Shown here: positions 25,156 through 34,599 of the stretch, one piece after another
How the letters are laid out: each line of letters starts with the position of its first letter
Numbering within the stretch: the first letter of the stretch is position 1
IMG/VR virus record: IMGVR_UViG_3300036944_000508
Span: 6,896-70,895 of that record
DNA from: a virus
Reading direction: 5' to 3' (one strand)
DNA length: 64,000 nt
The notes under the pieces: generated by a model
What the model was told of the DNA's origin: nothing
Database searches by the model: none
Seen by the model: only the letters and a program-made list of their open reading frames with translations
Position numbers and translations under genes: made by a program

Positions 25156-26294
25156 AACACTTTCAAAATTAATGTAGTCGGAGTCAGTCGCGCACGAACA
25201 GGTGCACTCTTACTCTTAACGGCTGAATACCATTTTGTCAAGTCTTTTTTCGCCAATTCAGCAAATTCTTTTACTTGAGTCTGTGGTTTACGAAGCAGTC
25301 GTGAGTTAGAGAAATTCTCATCAAATCCCACCAGACTTGCACCCTTGACAGTAATGCTTCCACTGACTGGACTAAAGTATTTAGAGATCTTTCGTGTCTT
25401 GGTATCAAATGTCCACACTTCACTACAGTTTAGTAGATTGATAGGTTCGACGCTGGTGGCACCAAGTGCAGTATCTTCCTTGAGGAACTTTAGATTTTGA
25501 ACCAACTTGGACTTATCCTTTGGTTTCTTCTTACGAACCTTAGCAACCTGCTTGCTGACATATGATTTCTTAAGATCGCTGATATATGTTTCGAGCAGTT
25601 TAACAATATCTTTAACAGACTTCATGCTCGTTAGATGCGCATAACTCTCTAGCAATTGTTCTTGAGCATCAGTCAATTGACTCTTAGGAAGTCGACGAAC
25701 TTCTACAAGTTCAGCAAACTCAGCAAGTATAGGTTCAATCTTTTGCACACAGTCAAGATAGTTCTTATCTGTCAGACGGTATGGGATTAGAATCTGCGAG
25801 ACGGTGCGAGTATCTTCACCATTGATGAGTTTTTCAATCTCATCATCAACATCAGATACAATAAAGGTTGCCGCGACCAGTGGTTTCTTGACCACCTTGA
25901 CAACAGGTTCTGGTGCAGCGGTATCATCTTCAATCAGAACAGTTTTCTTGCTGACACGTTCTTCAACCTTTTCCCAGATGCGTGCCTTATGCTCATCAGT
26001 GAGAGGGAATCCACGCATAGCGATACGCGCACTGTTAGCATAAGTTCTTGGGAGCAGTCTGTCAGAGATCTGACTCAATGCTTTGAGTTTAGTAGCATCA
26101 CCCTTGAACCAGTCAACGAGAAACTCACGACAATCTTTCTGGTCAGCAATCAAGTTATACCAACTCAATGCTTTACCATATTCTGACTGGTAATCTGTGG
26201 GCGTATAATCGTCAACCCAGATTGGTTCTACGCCCATGACTTTAGAATCGGCCACAGAAACTTTAAACTTATACATAGATTCACCTTTCTTCAT
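25152..26294 (-). CDS. conserved T4-like hypothetical protein
   Basis: 380 aa; C-terminal FDTKTRK...VKGASL.GFD...LRKP pattern. Confidence 0.7.
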   Translation of the reverse strand: MKKGESMYKFKVSVADSKVMGVEPIWVDDYTPTDYQSEYGKALSWYNLIADQKDCREFLVDWFKGDATKLKALSQISDRLLPRTYANSARIAMRGFPLTDEHKARIWEKVEERVSKKTVLIEDDTAAPEPVVKVVKKPLVAATFIVSDVDDEIEKLINGEDTRTVSQILIPYRLTDKNYLDCVQKIEPILAEFAELVEVRRLPKSQLTDAQEQLLESYAHLTSMKSVKDIVKLLETYISDLKKSYVSKQVAKVRKKKPKDKSKLVQNLKFLKEDTALGATSVEPINLLNCSEVWTFDTKTRKISKYFSPVSGSITVKGASLVGFDENFSNSRLLRKPQTQVKEFAELAKKDLTKWYSAVKSKSAPVRARLTPTTLILKVF

Positions 26295-26303
26295 AATATA
26301 TCC

Positions 26304-26332
26304 AATATACTATAATTTGCTGGAAAAGTCAA
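26304..26332 (-). promoter_or_regulatory. sigma70-type promoter
   Basis: GGGCTTGACT-N17-TATATT. Confidence 0.7.
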
Positions 26333-26335
26333 GCC

Positions 26336-26596
26336 CTAAAATTTAACAGAGGTGATACGATCATAACGAAATGCTCGCCACTCGCTCTTATCCAGATCCC
26401 AAACAGCAAGAGTTTCGCCGCTAGGTGGTTTTGTCTTTGTTCCCTTTTCGCTGTATGGAGGAATGACACCTTCTTGTAGAGTGCAGCGCATCACACGTTC
26501 TTGCCCATTCAGTTTAGTAAAACTTACAGTCGCTTCACCCTGAGCAAGAGTCGCTTTCAATCCATCGCGCCATTCTTGATTCATAATATCCATCAC
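26336..26596 (-). CDS. WYL-like / SH3-fold small protein
   Basis: FTKLNG.ER.M.CTL...VWDLDK..WRAFR. Confidence 0.75.
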   Translation of the reverse strand: MMDIMNQEWRDGLKATLAQGEATVSFTKLNGQERVMRCTLQEGVIPPYSEKGTKTKPPSGETLAVWDLDKSEWRAFRYDRITSVKF

Positions 26597-27573
26597 ATTT
26601 TCCTTATATTGTTCTCATCAATAATAATCTTACCATCCCTCCAGGATCTTCTCGGAGGATCTGGCGCTGGTATGTCATGCGTTGAAAGAGATTTATTCTC
26701 ATGTTTCTCGAACGCAAAGAAGTCTGGTGTTTCAACAACAGGTTTCTTTTTTGGTTTCTTAACAGTCTGAACAGTCTTTTTTGGTTTAACCTCATCAACA
26801 ACGACATAATCAACTATACCTGATTCTTCCTTCTTTGTCAAGCTTAAAAGTGTCATGTTGGCAGCAATGATTAATAAAATCGCCAGTGGGTCGAACACGA
26901 AAATAAGCATGATGATCATCAGACGCACTGCTTTATCCACAGTAGCGGTATCACCACTACCATAGAACAGTTCTGCGATATATTTTATCGGACCTACTTC
27001 TGCTTCGAGTTTAAGGTTTTCTGTTTTGAGCGGTATGAGATCAGTCTCAATAGTCTCAATGTCTGCAGTCGCACTCTTAATTTCATTATCGAGGGACGCA
27101 CGTTCCCGTTTCTGCCTGTTTCTAATGAAATTAGCATCGAGCACATCCTCTGCAGTAGTGAGTCTGTCCAAAGTATCCAAAGATGTTTGCGCATTTTTGA
27201 GTCTCCTTTCGGCAGATGCCTTCTTGCTTTCGAGTTGTTCTATTTTAAATACTGCTGAACCGCCAACAGTAGTGTGTTCAATGTGTGATCGACTGAGATA
27301 ACCAAACACACCCATACTAGTAATGAATGATAGGACACAAACTGCAATCGTGAAGTATGTCTTCAACAGTTTGTTTGCACGTTTCCAGTTGCGATACACC
27401 CAACTGGCAGTAATGAGTTTGGCGACTTCAAGTACACCGCCCATCACTGCAACAGCGATCGGGGATGCTGGGAAAATTGCCATCAAACCAAGTATTGAAA
27501 AATACCCAGCGACACCAGTAATCGCAAGTGCAGTTAGCATTAAGAGTGCTGCGAAAAACATCCAGGTCTCCAA
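26593..27573 (-). CDS. membrane-anchored coiled-coil protein conserved in T4-like phages
   Basis: Three N-terminal TMs, coiled coil, EVGPIKYIA...FDPLA. Confidence 0.7.
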   Translation of the reverse strand: METWMFFAALLMLTALAITGVAGYFSILGLMAIFPASPIAVAVMGGVLEVAKLITASWVYRNWKRANKLLKTYFTIAVCVLSFITSMGVFGYLSRSHIEHTTVGGSAVFKIEQLESKKASAERRLKNAQTSLDTLDRLTTAEDVLDANFIRNRQKRERASLDNEIKSATADIETIETDLIPLKTENLKLEAEVGPIKYIAELFYGSGDTATVDKAVRLMIIMLIFVFDPLAILLIIAANMTLLSLTKKEESGIVDYVVVDEVKPKKTVQTVKKPKKKPVVETPDFFAFEKHENKSLSTHDIPAPDPPRRSWRDGKIIIDENNIRKM

Positions 27574-27896
27574 TCAGGTAATTTTAATTCTTTCAGGTGA
27601 TCGAGTCTCAGACGCACATTCCACATTTGATTAATGCAATTATCGTTGAGTCTATGCTCCCACTGCAGGATATGCTCGACTGCTTTGGCATGCGATTTGC
27701 TGTCATATTCAGCGACAACTTCTTTGCGCATTTCACCAGTATAATTGGTCACATAAGAGGAACTACCGAAATATGATTCGAAAAGTTTCTCTGTCTTACA
27801 TGAATACCCAATATAAAATTTACCGTCGTCGAAGTAAGTGCAATATACTCTGTGCACTTTCTTCGGCAACGGCTTACGTTTTTTCTTAACTATCAT
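27540..27896 (-). CDS. GIY-YIG endonuclease-like protein
   Basis: RVY...FYIG...YFGSS...E...N pattern. Confidence 0.7.
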   Translation of the reverse strand: MIVKKKRKPLPKKVHRVYCTYFDDGKFYIGYSCKTEKLFESYFGSSSYVTNYTGEMRKEVVAEYDSKSHAKAVEHILQWEHRLNDNCINQMWNVRLRLDHLKELKLPDWRPGCFSQHS

Positions 27897-27924
27897 AATC
27901 TACTCCGTAAGTAGATTATTTATT
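27895..27924 (-). promoter_or_regulatory. Late promoter overlapping a start-codon-sequestering hairpin
   Basis: AATAAATA overlapping the 10 bp stem ATAATCTACT/AGTAGATTAT. Confidence 0.7.
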
Positions 27925-28078
27925 CGTCCTCGACCCAATCATCCCAGGACAAGTCTTCTTCGTCTTCAGTTACCTTTGTTCCGCAGAAGGGACAATATTT
28001 TACTTTGTAATAGTCATCGTCCAAGTCATGATCGACCGTGAAGACTGCATCGCAAGAAAAACATTCTAACTCTTCCAT
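27920..28078 (-). CDS. small acidic Zn-ribbon protein (52 aa)
   Basis: Not in the ORF track; MEELECFSC...YCPFCG... Confidence 0.7.
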   Translation of the reverse strand: MEELECFSCDAVFTVDHDLDDDYYKVKYCPFCGTKVTEDEEDLSWDDWVEDE

Positions 28079-29052
28079 TACGCAGCCTCACCCCAGACAT
28101 CATCCCACTTTCCTGATAGTGCACCCTTAGCATAGTCGGTAGCACGATTCTCAAAGAAATTTGTATGCGTCGGAGCATTAATCATTTCTTCGACCCATGG
28201 TAGTGGATTTTTCTTAACTTTGAAGATACCCTTCATACCGAGACTAATCAGTCGACGGTCGCAGATATAGCGAATATACTTCTTAACATCATGTTCTGTC
28301 AAGTTTTCCATTTCTCCCATCGAGAACGAGAGTTCGATAAACTTGTCTTCAAGTTCAACCATCTTTTCTGCGATAGTATAGATCTGCGACTTTAGATCGT
28401 CATTCCACAATTCACGGTTTTCTTCAACATACGAACGGAACAGTTTAATCATACCTTCAGCATGTTGAGTTTCATCAACAATCGACCAAGTAACGATCTG
28501 CCCCATTCCCTTCATCTTTCCGTGACGAGGGAAGTTGAGGAGCATGATGAAGGATGAGAACAGTTGCATACCCTCAGTGAATGCACTAAATGCAGCGATA
28601 TTGGTCGCGACTGATTCAGGTGTTCCATTTGCATTCGACAAATCTGTAAAGTAATCGTGCTTTGCTCGCATTGAGTCGTATTCGAGGAATTCCTGATATG
28701 TCGTTTCTGGCATACCCAGTGTTTCAATAAGGTGAGAATATGCTGCGACATGTAGTGCCTCCCTCGCCGCAAATCCCATCAACATCATACGAACTTCAGG
28801 TTGTGGGAAGTATGGAAGATAGTTCTTCACATAACCACCAGCAACATCGATGTCACCCTGTGTGAAGAAACGGAAAATGTTGGTTAGGAAATGTTTTTCA
28901 CCATCATTCAGTCGCTTCTTCCAGTCATTAACATCTTCCGACATCGGGACTTCAGTGTGCAACCAGTGCGACTGCTCATGTTTCAACCATGCGTCATATG
29001 CCCATGGGTAGTTGAATGGTTTAAAATATGCTCGTTCTGTCATTAAAGTCAT
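28078..29052 (-). CDS. nrdB: Ribonucleotide reductase class Ia beta subunit
   Basis: EALH..AY, EG.QLFSSF, DETQH, NFFE.R.TDY. Confidence 0.96.
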   Translation of the reverse strand: MTLMTERAYFKPFNYPWAYDAWLKHEQSHWLHTEVPMSEDVNDWKKRLNDGEKHFLTNIFRFFTQGDIDVAGGYVKNYLPYFPQPEVRMMLMGFAAREALHVAAYSHLIETLGMPETTYQEFLEYDSMRAKHDYFTDLSNANGTPESVATNIAAFSAFTEGMQLFSSFIMLLNFPRHGKMKGMGQIVTWSIVDETQHAEGMIKLFRSYVEENRELWNDDLKSQIYTIAEKMVELEDKFIELSFSMGEMENLTEHDVKKYIRYICDRRLISLGMKGIFKVKKNPLPWVEEMINAPTHTNFFENRATDYAKGALSGKWDDVWGEAA

Positions 29053-29285
29053 ACGGTTTCTGCCCATTTTACTAGATCGTCGTATCCGCCAACATGATCA
29101 CCATTGATCCAAATTTGCGGAACTGTCTTTACTTCTGGGAGTTGTGCGGTAATGTCTTCCCAGAGACAATCTTTACCAACTACCATTTCTGTATACTGAA
29201 TATCCATTCCTACCATAAACTCTTTAGCAAGAGTACAGTATGGACAATCAGGTTTTGATACTATTTGTGCAAAAAAACTTGTCAT
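29049..29285 (-). CDS. nrdC: Glutaredoxin
   Basis: CPYC, TVPQI, VGGYDDL. Confidence 0.93.
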   Translation of the reverse strand: MTSFFAQIVSKPDCPYCTLAKEFMVGMDIQYTEMVVGKDCLWEDITAQLPEVKTVPQIWINGDHVGGYDDLVKWAETV

Positions 29286-29288
29286 TTA

Positions 29289-31088
29289 TTACCCTTCGCA
29301 TGCAACACAGTTATCACCGTCGATCATTGCCTTGAAGTCAATTTCTTTAATTGCTTCACGCTCAATGCGCTTAGAAACTTTGTCTGCTTTTCCTATTTTT
29401 TCTGAACGACAATAATATAAAGTCTTCAACCCCTGCTTCCATGCAAGGAAGTGGACAGCATGAAGATATTTAATATTTGCATCAGGACGGAAGAATAAAT
29501 TGAGGGACTGTGCCTGATCAATAAACTTCTGCCTGTCTGCCGCATGCTCAATAACCCAACGTTGATCAATTTCCATTGAAGTCTTGAACACTTCCTTGGT
29601 AATTGCATCCATCCATGTAAGGTGCTGCACCGAACCATCATTGGCGATAATCGAAGACCAAGTCTCATCATACCAACCATCCTTGTGATTCGCTGCTTCT
29701 ATTTTGACAATAAAGTCGAGGTATTTATTCTTATTGAGAAATGAACCCGATAGTGTATCTTGACGATATGCATTTGCTCGCCATGGTTCAATCGACGGAC
29801 TGGTGTTGCCCATGATGATTGACGAAGATGCATTCGGTGCGATTGCCTGTGTATGAGAGAATCGACGACCAGTACCAACAGCATCAGGTGCTTCACCACG
29901 TTCAGCACCAAGTTCTAGATTTGCTGCATCAAGACGTTGCTTGATTAGTTTGAACATACGCATGTTCGTTCCTTTGGCAACCGCTGACTCCCACGCAATA
30001 CTCTTGCGTTGTAGATAGGCATGGAAACCTAGTGCACCAATACCAATTGACCGTTCGCGCATCGCTGCATACTTAGCACGTTTTACTGTGTTCGGAGCAT
30101 TGTCAATGAAGTATTGCAGAACATTATCAAGCATTTCTGCCATGTCTTTAAGGAACATAGGATCCTTTGACCATGCATCATAATATTCTAGATTGACTGA
30201 AGACAAGCAACAAACAGCAGTGCGCTTCTTATCAGTTGGTAGAATGATTTCTGAACAGAGATTTGATTGGTGAATCTTTAAACCAAGATCTTTTTGAAAC
30301 TGCGGCATCATACGATTTGATGTATCAATGAAGTGCAGATATGGTTCACCAGTCATCATGCGCAGTTCTAGAATCTTCTGCCACAGTTCTTTCGCGGAAA
30401 CTGTATCCCGAACTACTCCAGAATGTGGATCTTTCAGATCCCAACTGTCGTCTGCATCTTGGTCTGCCATGCATCGTTGGACGATTTCCATGAAGTCATC
30501 TGTAATGTTGATTCCGTGGTGTAGATTGAGGCATCGTATGTTGGGGTCACCAGTAGGTTTACGCATCTCAAGAAATTGACCCACGTCAGGATGACTAATG
30601 TCAAGATAAGCGGCATAACTGCCACGACGAGTGCGACCCTGACGATACGCCATGGAACTAGAGTCATAAGTTTTAAGATGTGGCATAACGCCAGTAGACT
30701 TATCGTCAGCAGCACGGATTCCAAAACCAATTCCAACTCCACCTCCAAGCATCGACAACCAACTGGTTTCGCTGAGATTCTCAACTAGACCTTCTGCTGT
30801 GTCATCAATGAAATTTAAAAAACAACTGATTGGCATCCCACGCTTGGAACGACCAAAGGAAAGAATTGGTGTCGCGTATGACAACCAATGCTTCGACGAA
30901 TAATCATATAGACGTTGCGCATGCTCTAGATTTGATGCGAAAGTAGTAGAAACATATGCGAATCTGTGCTGCGGAGAAGTTTCGTCCTCTCGCATGTATG
31001 ATTCTTCTAGTCGCTGGATACCAAGTTTATCAAATAGAGAGTCGCGTGAATAATCTATTTCTATACCCAGATATGTTTCTTTTTTCAT
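29289..31088 (-). CDS. nrdA: Ribonucleotide reductase class Ia alpha subunit (no ATP cone)
   Basis: SNLCSEI, APNASSS, KTLYY, C-terminal CxxC. Confidence 0.96.
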   Translation of the reverse strand: MKKETYLGIEIDYSRDSLFDKLGIQRLEESYMREDETSPQHRFAYVSTTFASNLEHAQRLYDYSSKHWLSYATPILSFGRSKRGMPISCFLNFIDDTAEGLVENLSETSWLSMLGGGVGIGFGIRAADDKSTGVMPHLKTYDSSSMAYRQGRTRRGSYAAYLDISHPDVGQFLEMRKPTGDPNIRCLNLHHGINITDDFMEIVQRCMADQDADDSWDLKDPHSGVVRDTVSAKELWQKILELRMMTGEPYLHFIDTSNRMMPQFQKDLGLKIHQSNLCSEIILPTDKKRTAVCCLSSVNLEYYDAWSKDPMFLKDMAEMLDNVLQYFIDNAPNTVKRAKYAAMRERSIGIGALGFHAYLQRKSIAWESAVAKGTNMRMFKLIKQRLDAANLELGAERGEAPDAVGTGRRFSHTQAIAPNASSSIIMGNTSPSIEPWRANAYRQDTLSGSFLNKNKYLDFIVKIEAANHKDGWYDETWSSIIANDGSVQHLTWMDAITKEVFKTSMEIDQRWVIEHAADRQKFIDQAQSLNLFFRPDANIKYLHAVHFLAWKQGLKTLYYCRSEKIGKADKVSKRIEREAIKEIDFKAMIDGDNCVACEG

Positions 31089-31711
31089 TTAAGTCCCTGT
31101 TCCTTCAATACTCGTTCGATATCTGGTTTAAAGTATGATTCTGGTTTCAGAATCTTACCATCCTCACGCTTTTTAATCTTGCCATTATCAGAAACCTTGC
31201 TCATGTTCGAAGCACGAACTTCTTCCCAAACCTTATTGAAGTCGATACCAAGAGTTGTAAACAATCCTTGGACAACCCACACTAGGTCGGCGCCACCGTC
31301 AGCAATATCTCCGATATGGCGACGAAGAAATCCGTCGCATAGTTCACGAAATTCTTCGTCAATCAGGTCAATATATAGGCGTGCTTGCTGCTCATTTTTC
31401 TCATTCAAGTGTGGAGTTTCACCAATATACTGATCAGCAGCTGCCATAAATTCGGTAACGTCTTTTTGGTTATTCATAATATCTTCTTTCTTTGTTAATG
31501 CCCAAGAACCATCGTTTTTTTCGGACCATACCAGCTCTGTGTCTTCATCCCAATGAAGAGTCTTTAGTAAATCGTGCGGGAGTTCTATATATAATTCACC
31601 GTCATCATTTTCTTTAACAATTACAGTTTCGTGCGGGGTTTTAGAGTCTAAATTCGGCCGCGAAAAAATCTCGCCCTGAGAATTTTGAAACTTTTTTCCA
31701 GATTGGGTCAA
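31085..31711 (-). CDS. MazG-like all-alpha NTP pyrophosphatase with an N-terminal AbrB/MazE-like segment
   Basis: EEFRE, D...DL, EV..SNMSK, REDGKILKP. Confidence 0.8.
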   Translation of the reverse strand: MTQSGKKFQNSQGEIFSRPNLDSKTPHETVIVKENDDGELYIELPHDLLKTLHWDEDTELVWSEKNDGSWALTKKEDIMNNQKDVTEFMAAADQYIGETPHLNEKNEQQARLYIDLIDEEFRELCDGFLRRHIGDIADGGADLVWVVQGLFTTLGIDFNKVWEEVRASNMSKVSDNGKIKKREDGKILKPESYFKPDIERVLKEQGLK

Positions 31712-32406
31712 GGTAGTTTTCTTTCGAACTCTGCCTGTGCTGCCATGTCATCTAGTGCCTTGATAACATCGGGGAAGTGTTGACCGATAATCTCCCAGCA
31801 CTGTTCAGCAACAATACGGTGTTCCTTTTGAGTCGCCTTATCCATACGCAACTGGCAATAGTGAACCCATGAACGAAGCGAACCAGACATGATCATGACC
31901 GACTCTGTATTCCCTTCAGGCAGAACAGCACGTGCTTGTTCCTTTGCGATGCCATTATCGATTGCCCACTGATACGCCGCAACAGCAGCATTCGTGGATA
32001 TGGTTTGCGCCATATCCCATTCTTCTTGTAGGCGAGAGTCTTCAACGTCTACTGAGTTCTGTCTATTCTTGGCATCCTGCAGTCTTGCTTCCCGTACAAC
32101 AAATCCCAGATCCTGGGTTGGATCGGCGTAACGCTGACTGTACTCTTGGAATCTGAAAGAACTATGCCGCAGAATCTGGCGGGCAATATCTCGTGTTGTT
32201 TTAATTTCCATTGCGACATGGACCATCTCCAGTGGTGACCAGTGTTTGTTCTTTATTAAATATTGAACCAACTTAGGCGCTGTTGCTGTGTTGTTTTGGT
32301 TTGACGGATTAGATACTCTTGCTGCCCATGCAACCAATTCATTGGCAGAGTTACACTCTGTGTAAGCAGACGGTTTAGAAAGACTTACTAGGTTTACTTC
32401 ACTCAT
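31708..32406 (-). CDS. thyX: FAD-dependent thymidylate synthase
   Basis: HWSPLE, RQILRH..F.FQEYSQRY, EQARAVLP. Confidence 0.95.
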   Translation of the reverse strand: MSEVNLVSLSKPSAYTECNSANELVAWAARVSNPSNQNNTATAPKLVQYLIKNKHWSPLEMVHVAMEIKTTRDIARQILRHSSFRFQEYSQRYADPTQDLGFVVREARLQDAKNRQNSVDVEDSRLQEEWDMAQTISTNAAVAAYQWAIDNGIAKEQARAVLPEGNTESVMIMSGSLRSWVHYCQLRMDKATQKEHRIVAEQCWEIIGQHFPDVIKALDDMAAQAEFERKLP

Positions 32407-32443
32407 TCTATATGTTCCTCATATAATTATCACCATCAATTCT

Positions 32444-32472
32444 CTTATACGCTACTTTTGCGCAGATGTCAA
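32444..32472 (-). promoter_or_regulatory. sigma70-type promoter for thyX
   Basis: TTGACA-N17-TATAAG. Confidence 0.55.
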
Positions 32473-32916
32473 TCCTTTTTTCAAATATTTAACTGCCCAT
32501 ATGTTGGGTCCATAGTCAAAATCCTCGAAGGGATCGCCAATTGATTCAAATCCTGCTGCTAAATAACTGGGCAATGCATCTAAACGAGGATAACTCCACA
32601 CGAGTTCCGCATTGTTTTGCTCAGCAATTTCTATTGTTTTATCAAAGAGAAACTTAGATATACCCTTGCCTCTGTGTTCAGGCAGAATATATATTCCTCT
32701 TGATCTTAGATGTTCTTTTGAAGACATGAAACAAGAATTGCATCCGACAAGTTCTTGATCAATGTAATACCCAATAAACCAAACAGCAGAGCAGGGAACT
32801 TCTGAGTTATATCCACCCAGAAATTCCCACTCATTATGCGGTTTGATCAGGTCAGTATCAGGCCATAATTTTTTCCAAAGTGGAAGAATTTCCTCGAATG
32901 ATATAAGTCGGATCAT
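32452..32916 (-). CDS. GNAT acetyltransferase
   Basis: RSRGIYILPEHRGKGI motif A; Y..AGF. Confidence 0.85.
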   Translation of the reverse strand: MIRLISFEEILPLWKKLWPDTDLIKPHNEWEFLGGYNSEVPCSAVWFIGYYIDQELVGCNSCFMSSKEHLRSRGIYILPEHRGKGISKFLFDKTIEIAEQNNAELVWSYPRLDALPSYLAAGFESIGDPFEDFDYGPNIWAVKYLKKGLTSAQK

Positions 32917-32919
32917 AAA

Positions 32920-34599
32920 TTAACGTTTTCGCGTACTACCCAGCAATAATCCTGAAGACATAGTACTAACATCAACATGTTCATTGAATCGCAACTCATC
33001 TGCTACTGATGCTGGAACCTCTTCTCCGCCAGTAATAAAGAAAAATGCATCGCATGTTTGTGTCGAGTAATCCGTAATCTTGGAAACAGTAATGTTGACT
33101 TTTTCAAACTCAACACCTTCCGACAATAAAGATGTCGGAATATTTATTGTTGTCTCGCCTGTTTCTGTATTAAATGTAACGTATTCAGCATATTTTTGCT
33201 GTTGCGCGGAATCATTCCACACTAAAGTATATGAAAGATTAGTTTCTGCGTTTGGGGAAATAAGAGATAGGTTAGAAACATAACTGAAACCATAAACTGC
33301 AGATCGCACCAAAAGACTATCTTGGGAACCACTTAATGCTCCTAGATAGTATTGTTTGTTCTCAGTAACATCACCATTAATAATTTGAACAATCTTATTT
33401 TGGTTGCTGCTGAAGTTTTCTCTGTTAAACAAGACAGAACCCTTCACTGAAGTCGCAGATATAAGATTTAACACTTGTGCATTTGATGGTGGAGATGTAG
33501 AAATTGATTGAATCAATGCTGCTGCTGCAGTAACATATGGTGCAGCAAAAGAAGTACCGCTTACTCTCTTATAATTACCAGAAATTGCAGCAACATCTAC
33601 ATCAACTCCAGGAGCGAAGATGTCAAGGGATTGACCATATGGTGAGGTTGCCGATGCATCTCCTGTTGATGTTGCAGTAAATCCTGCAATAATGTCATTA
33701 TCATCGATAGCACCAACCGTAATAACTTCCGGCATACCTGCTGGAGTATAGTTAGAAACATCATCTGCTCCATTACCCGCAGCGCAAACAACAACACATC
33801 CCGCCGAAATAACATCAAGAAACTTGTTTATCAAATAAGGACTGCGCGGAGTTGTCCAACTGATATTGATAGTCACATTTAATGATGGATTATTTTGTTT
33901 AAATTGTTTAATCTCGTCTAGAACATTGCCCAGTTCAAGCAAAGTAGGTTTCGTATTATCATCGATTACTTTATAGTTGTAGAGGGAAACATTTTGTGTA
34001 ATTCCGACATTCCTACCCGCGATACAAGAAGCAATCGCAGTTCCATGTCCCAGATTATCTGTATAAGAACTATAGGATAACTTACCAAAGTTTACAATTT
34101 CAACACCTTGGAGTTCTGCATGAGAGTTGATTCCAGAGTCAACAATGAACACTACTGGTTTATTTGTTGTATTGATATCAAACGTTTTGAAATCTTTATA
34201 TGGCATAAAACGATTAGAGAGTCTGCATCTCGCCCAGTCATTTGGAGTTGAAATTGTTGATCCTGAAAGTTGTGATAGAAGTTTTATTTCAGCATCTGCG
34301 CAATCGATATTACCAGAACAAGCAGTGTAAACCCCAATCGGGTCTGTGGTCTCAATTACTGAATATGACCCCTCAGTTGAGACAACATTATGCTGAGGAC
34401 AACTAGACAATTCTGCGGTTTCAACAATAAGTTTTATCGGAGAACCATCATGCGTAACTTCTGCATCCGGATACCGCATTGCATAGGTAAATAGATTTTC
34501 ACCAATAGCAATACTGGTCGAGTCTTGCGTTGCGAGACCGACGGTACTAGCAAAACTGTTTCGTGCGTCCACAGTTTCAAATAGAACATTAAAATTCAT
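32920..34599 (-). CDS. Subtilisin-like S8 serine protease
   Basis: VDSG, HGTAIA, AAGN, SGTSFAAP catalytic motifs. Confidence 0.93.
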   Translation of the reverse strand: MNFNVLFETVDARNSFASTVGLATQDSTSIAIGENLFTYAMRYPDAEVTHDGSPIKLIVETAELSSCPQHNVVSTEGSYSVIETTDPIGVYTACSGNIDCADAEIKLLSQLSGSTISTPNDWARCRLSNRFMPYKDFKTFDINTTNKPVVFIVDSGINSHAELQGVEIVNFGKLSYSSYTDNLGHGTAIASCIAGRNVGITQNVSLYNYKVIDDNTKPTLLELGNVLDEIKQFKQNNPSLNVTINISWTTPRSPYLINKFLDVISAGCVVVCAAGNGADDVSNYTPAGMPEVITVGAIDDNDIIAGFTATSTGDASATSPYGQSLDIFAPGVDVDVAAISGNYKRVSGTSFAAPYVTAAAALIQSISTSPPSNAQVLNLISATSVKGSVLFNRENFSSNQNKIVQIINGDVTENKQYYLGALSGSQDSLLVRSAVYGFSYVSNLSLISPNAETNLSYTLVWNDSAQQQKYAEYVTFNTETGETTINIPTSLLSEGVEFEKVNITVSKITDYSTQTCDAFFFITGGEEVPASVADELRFNEHVDVSTMSSGLLLGSTRKR

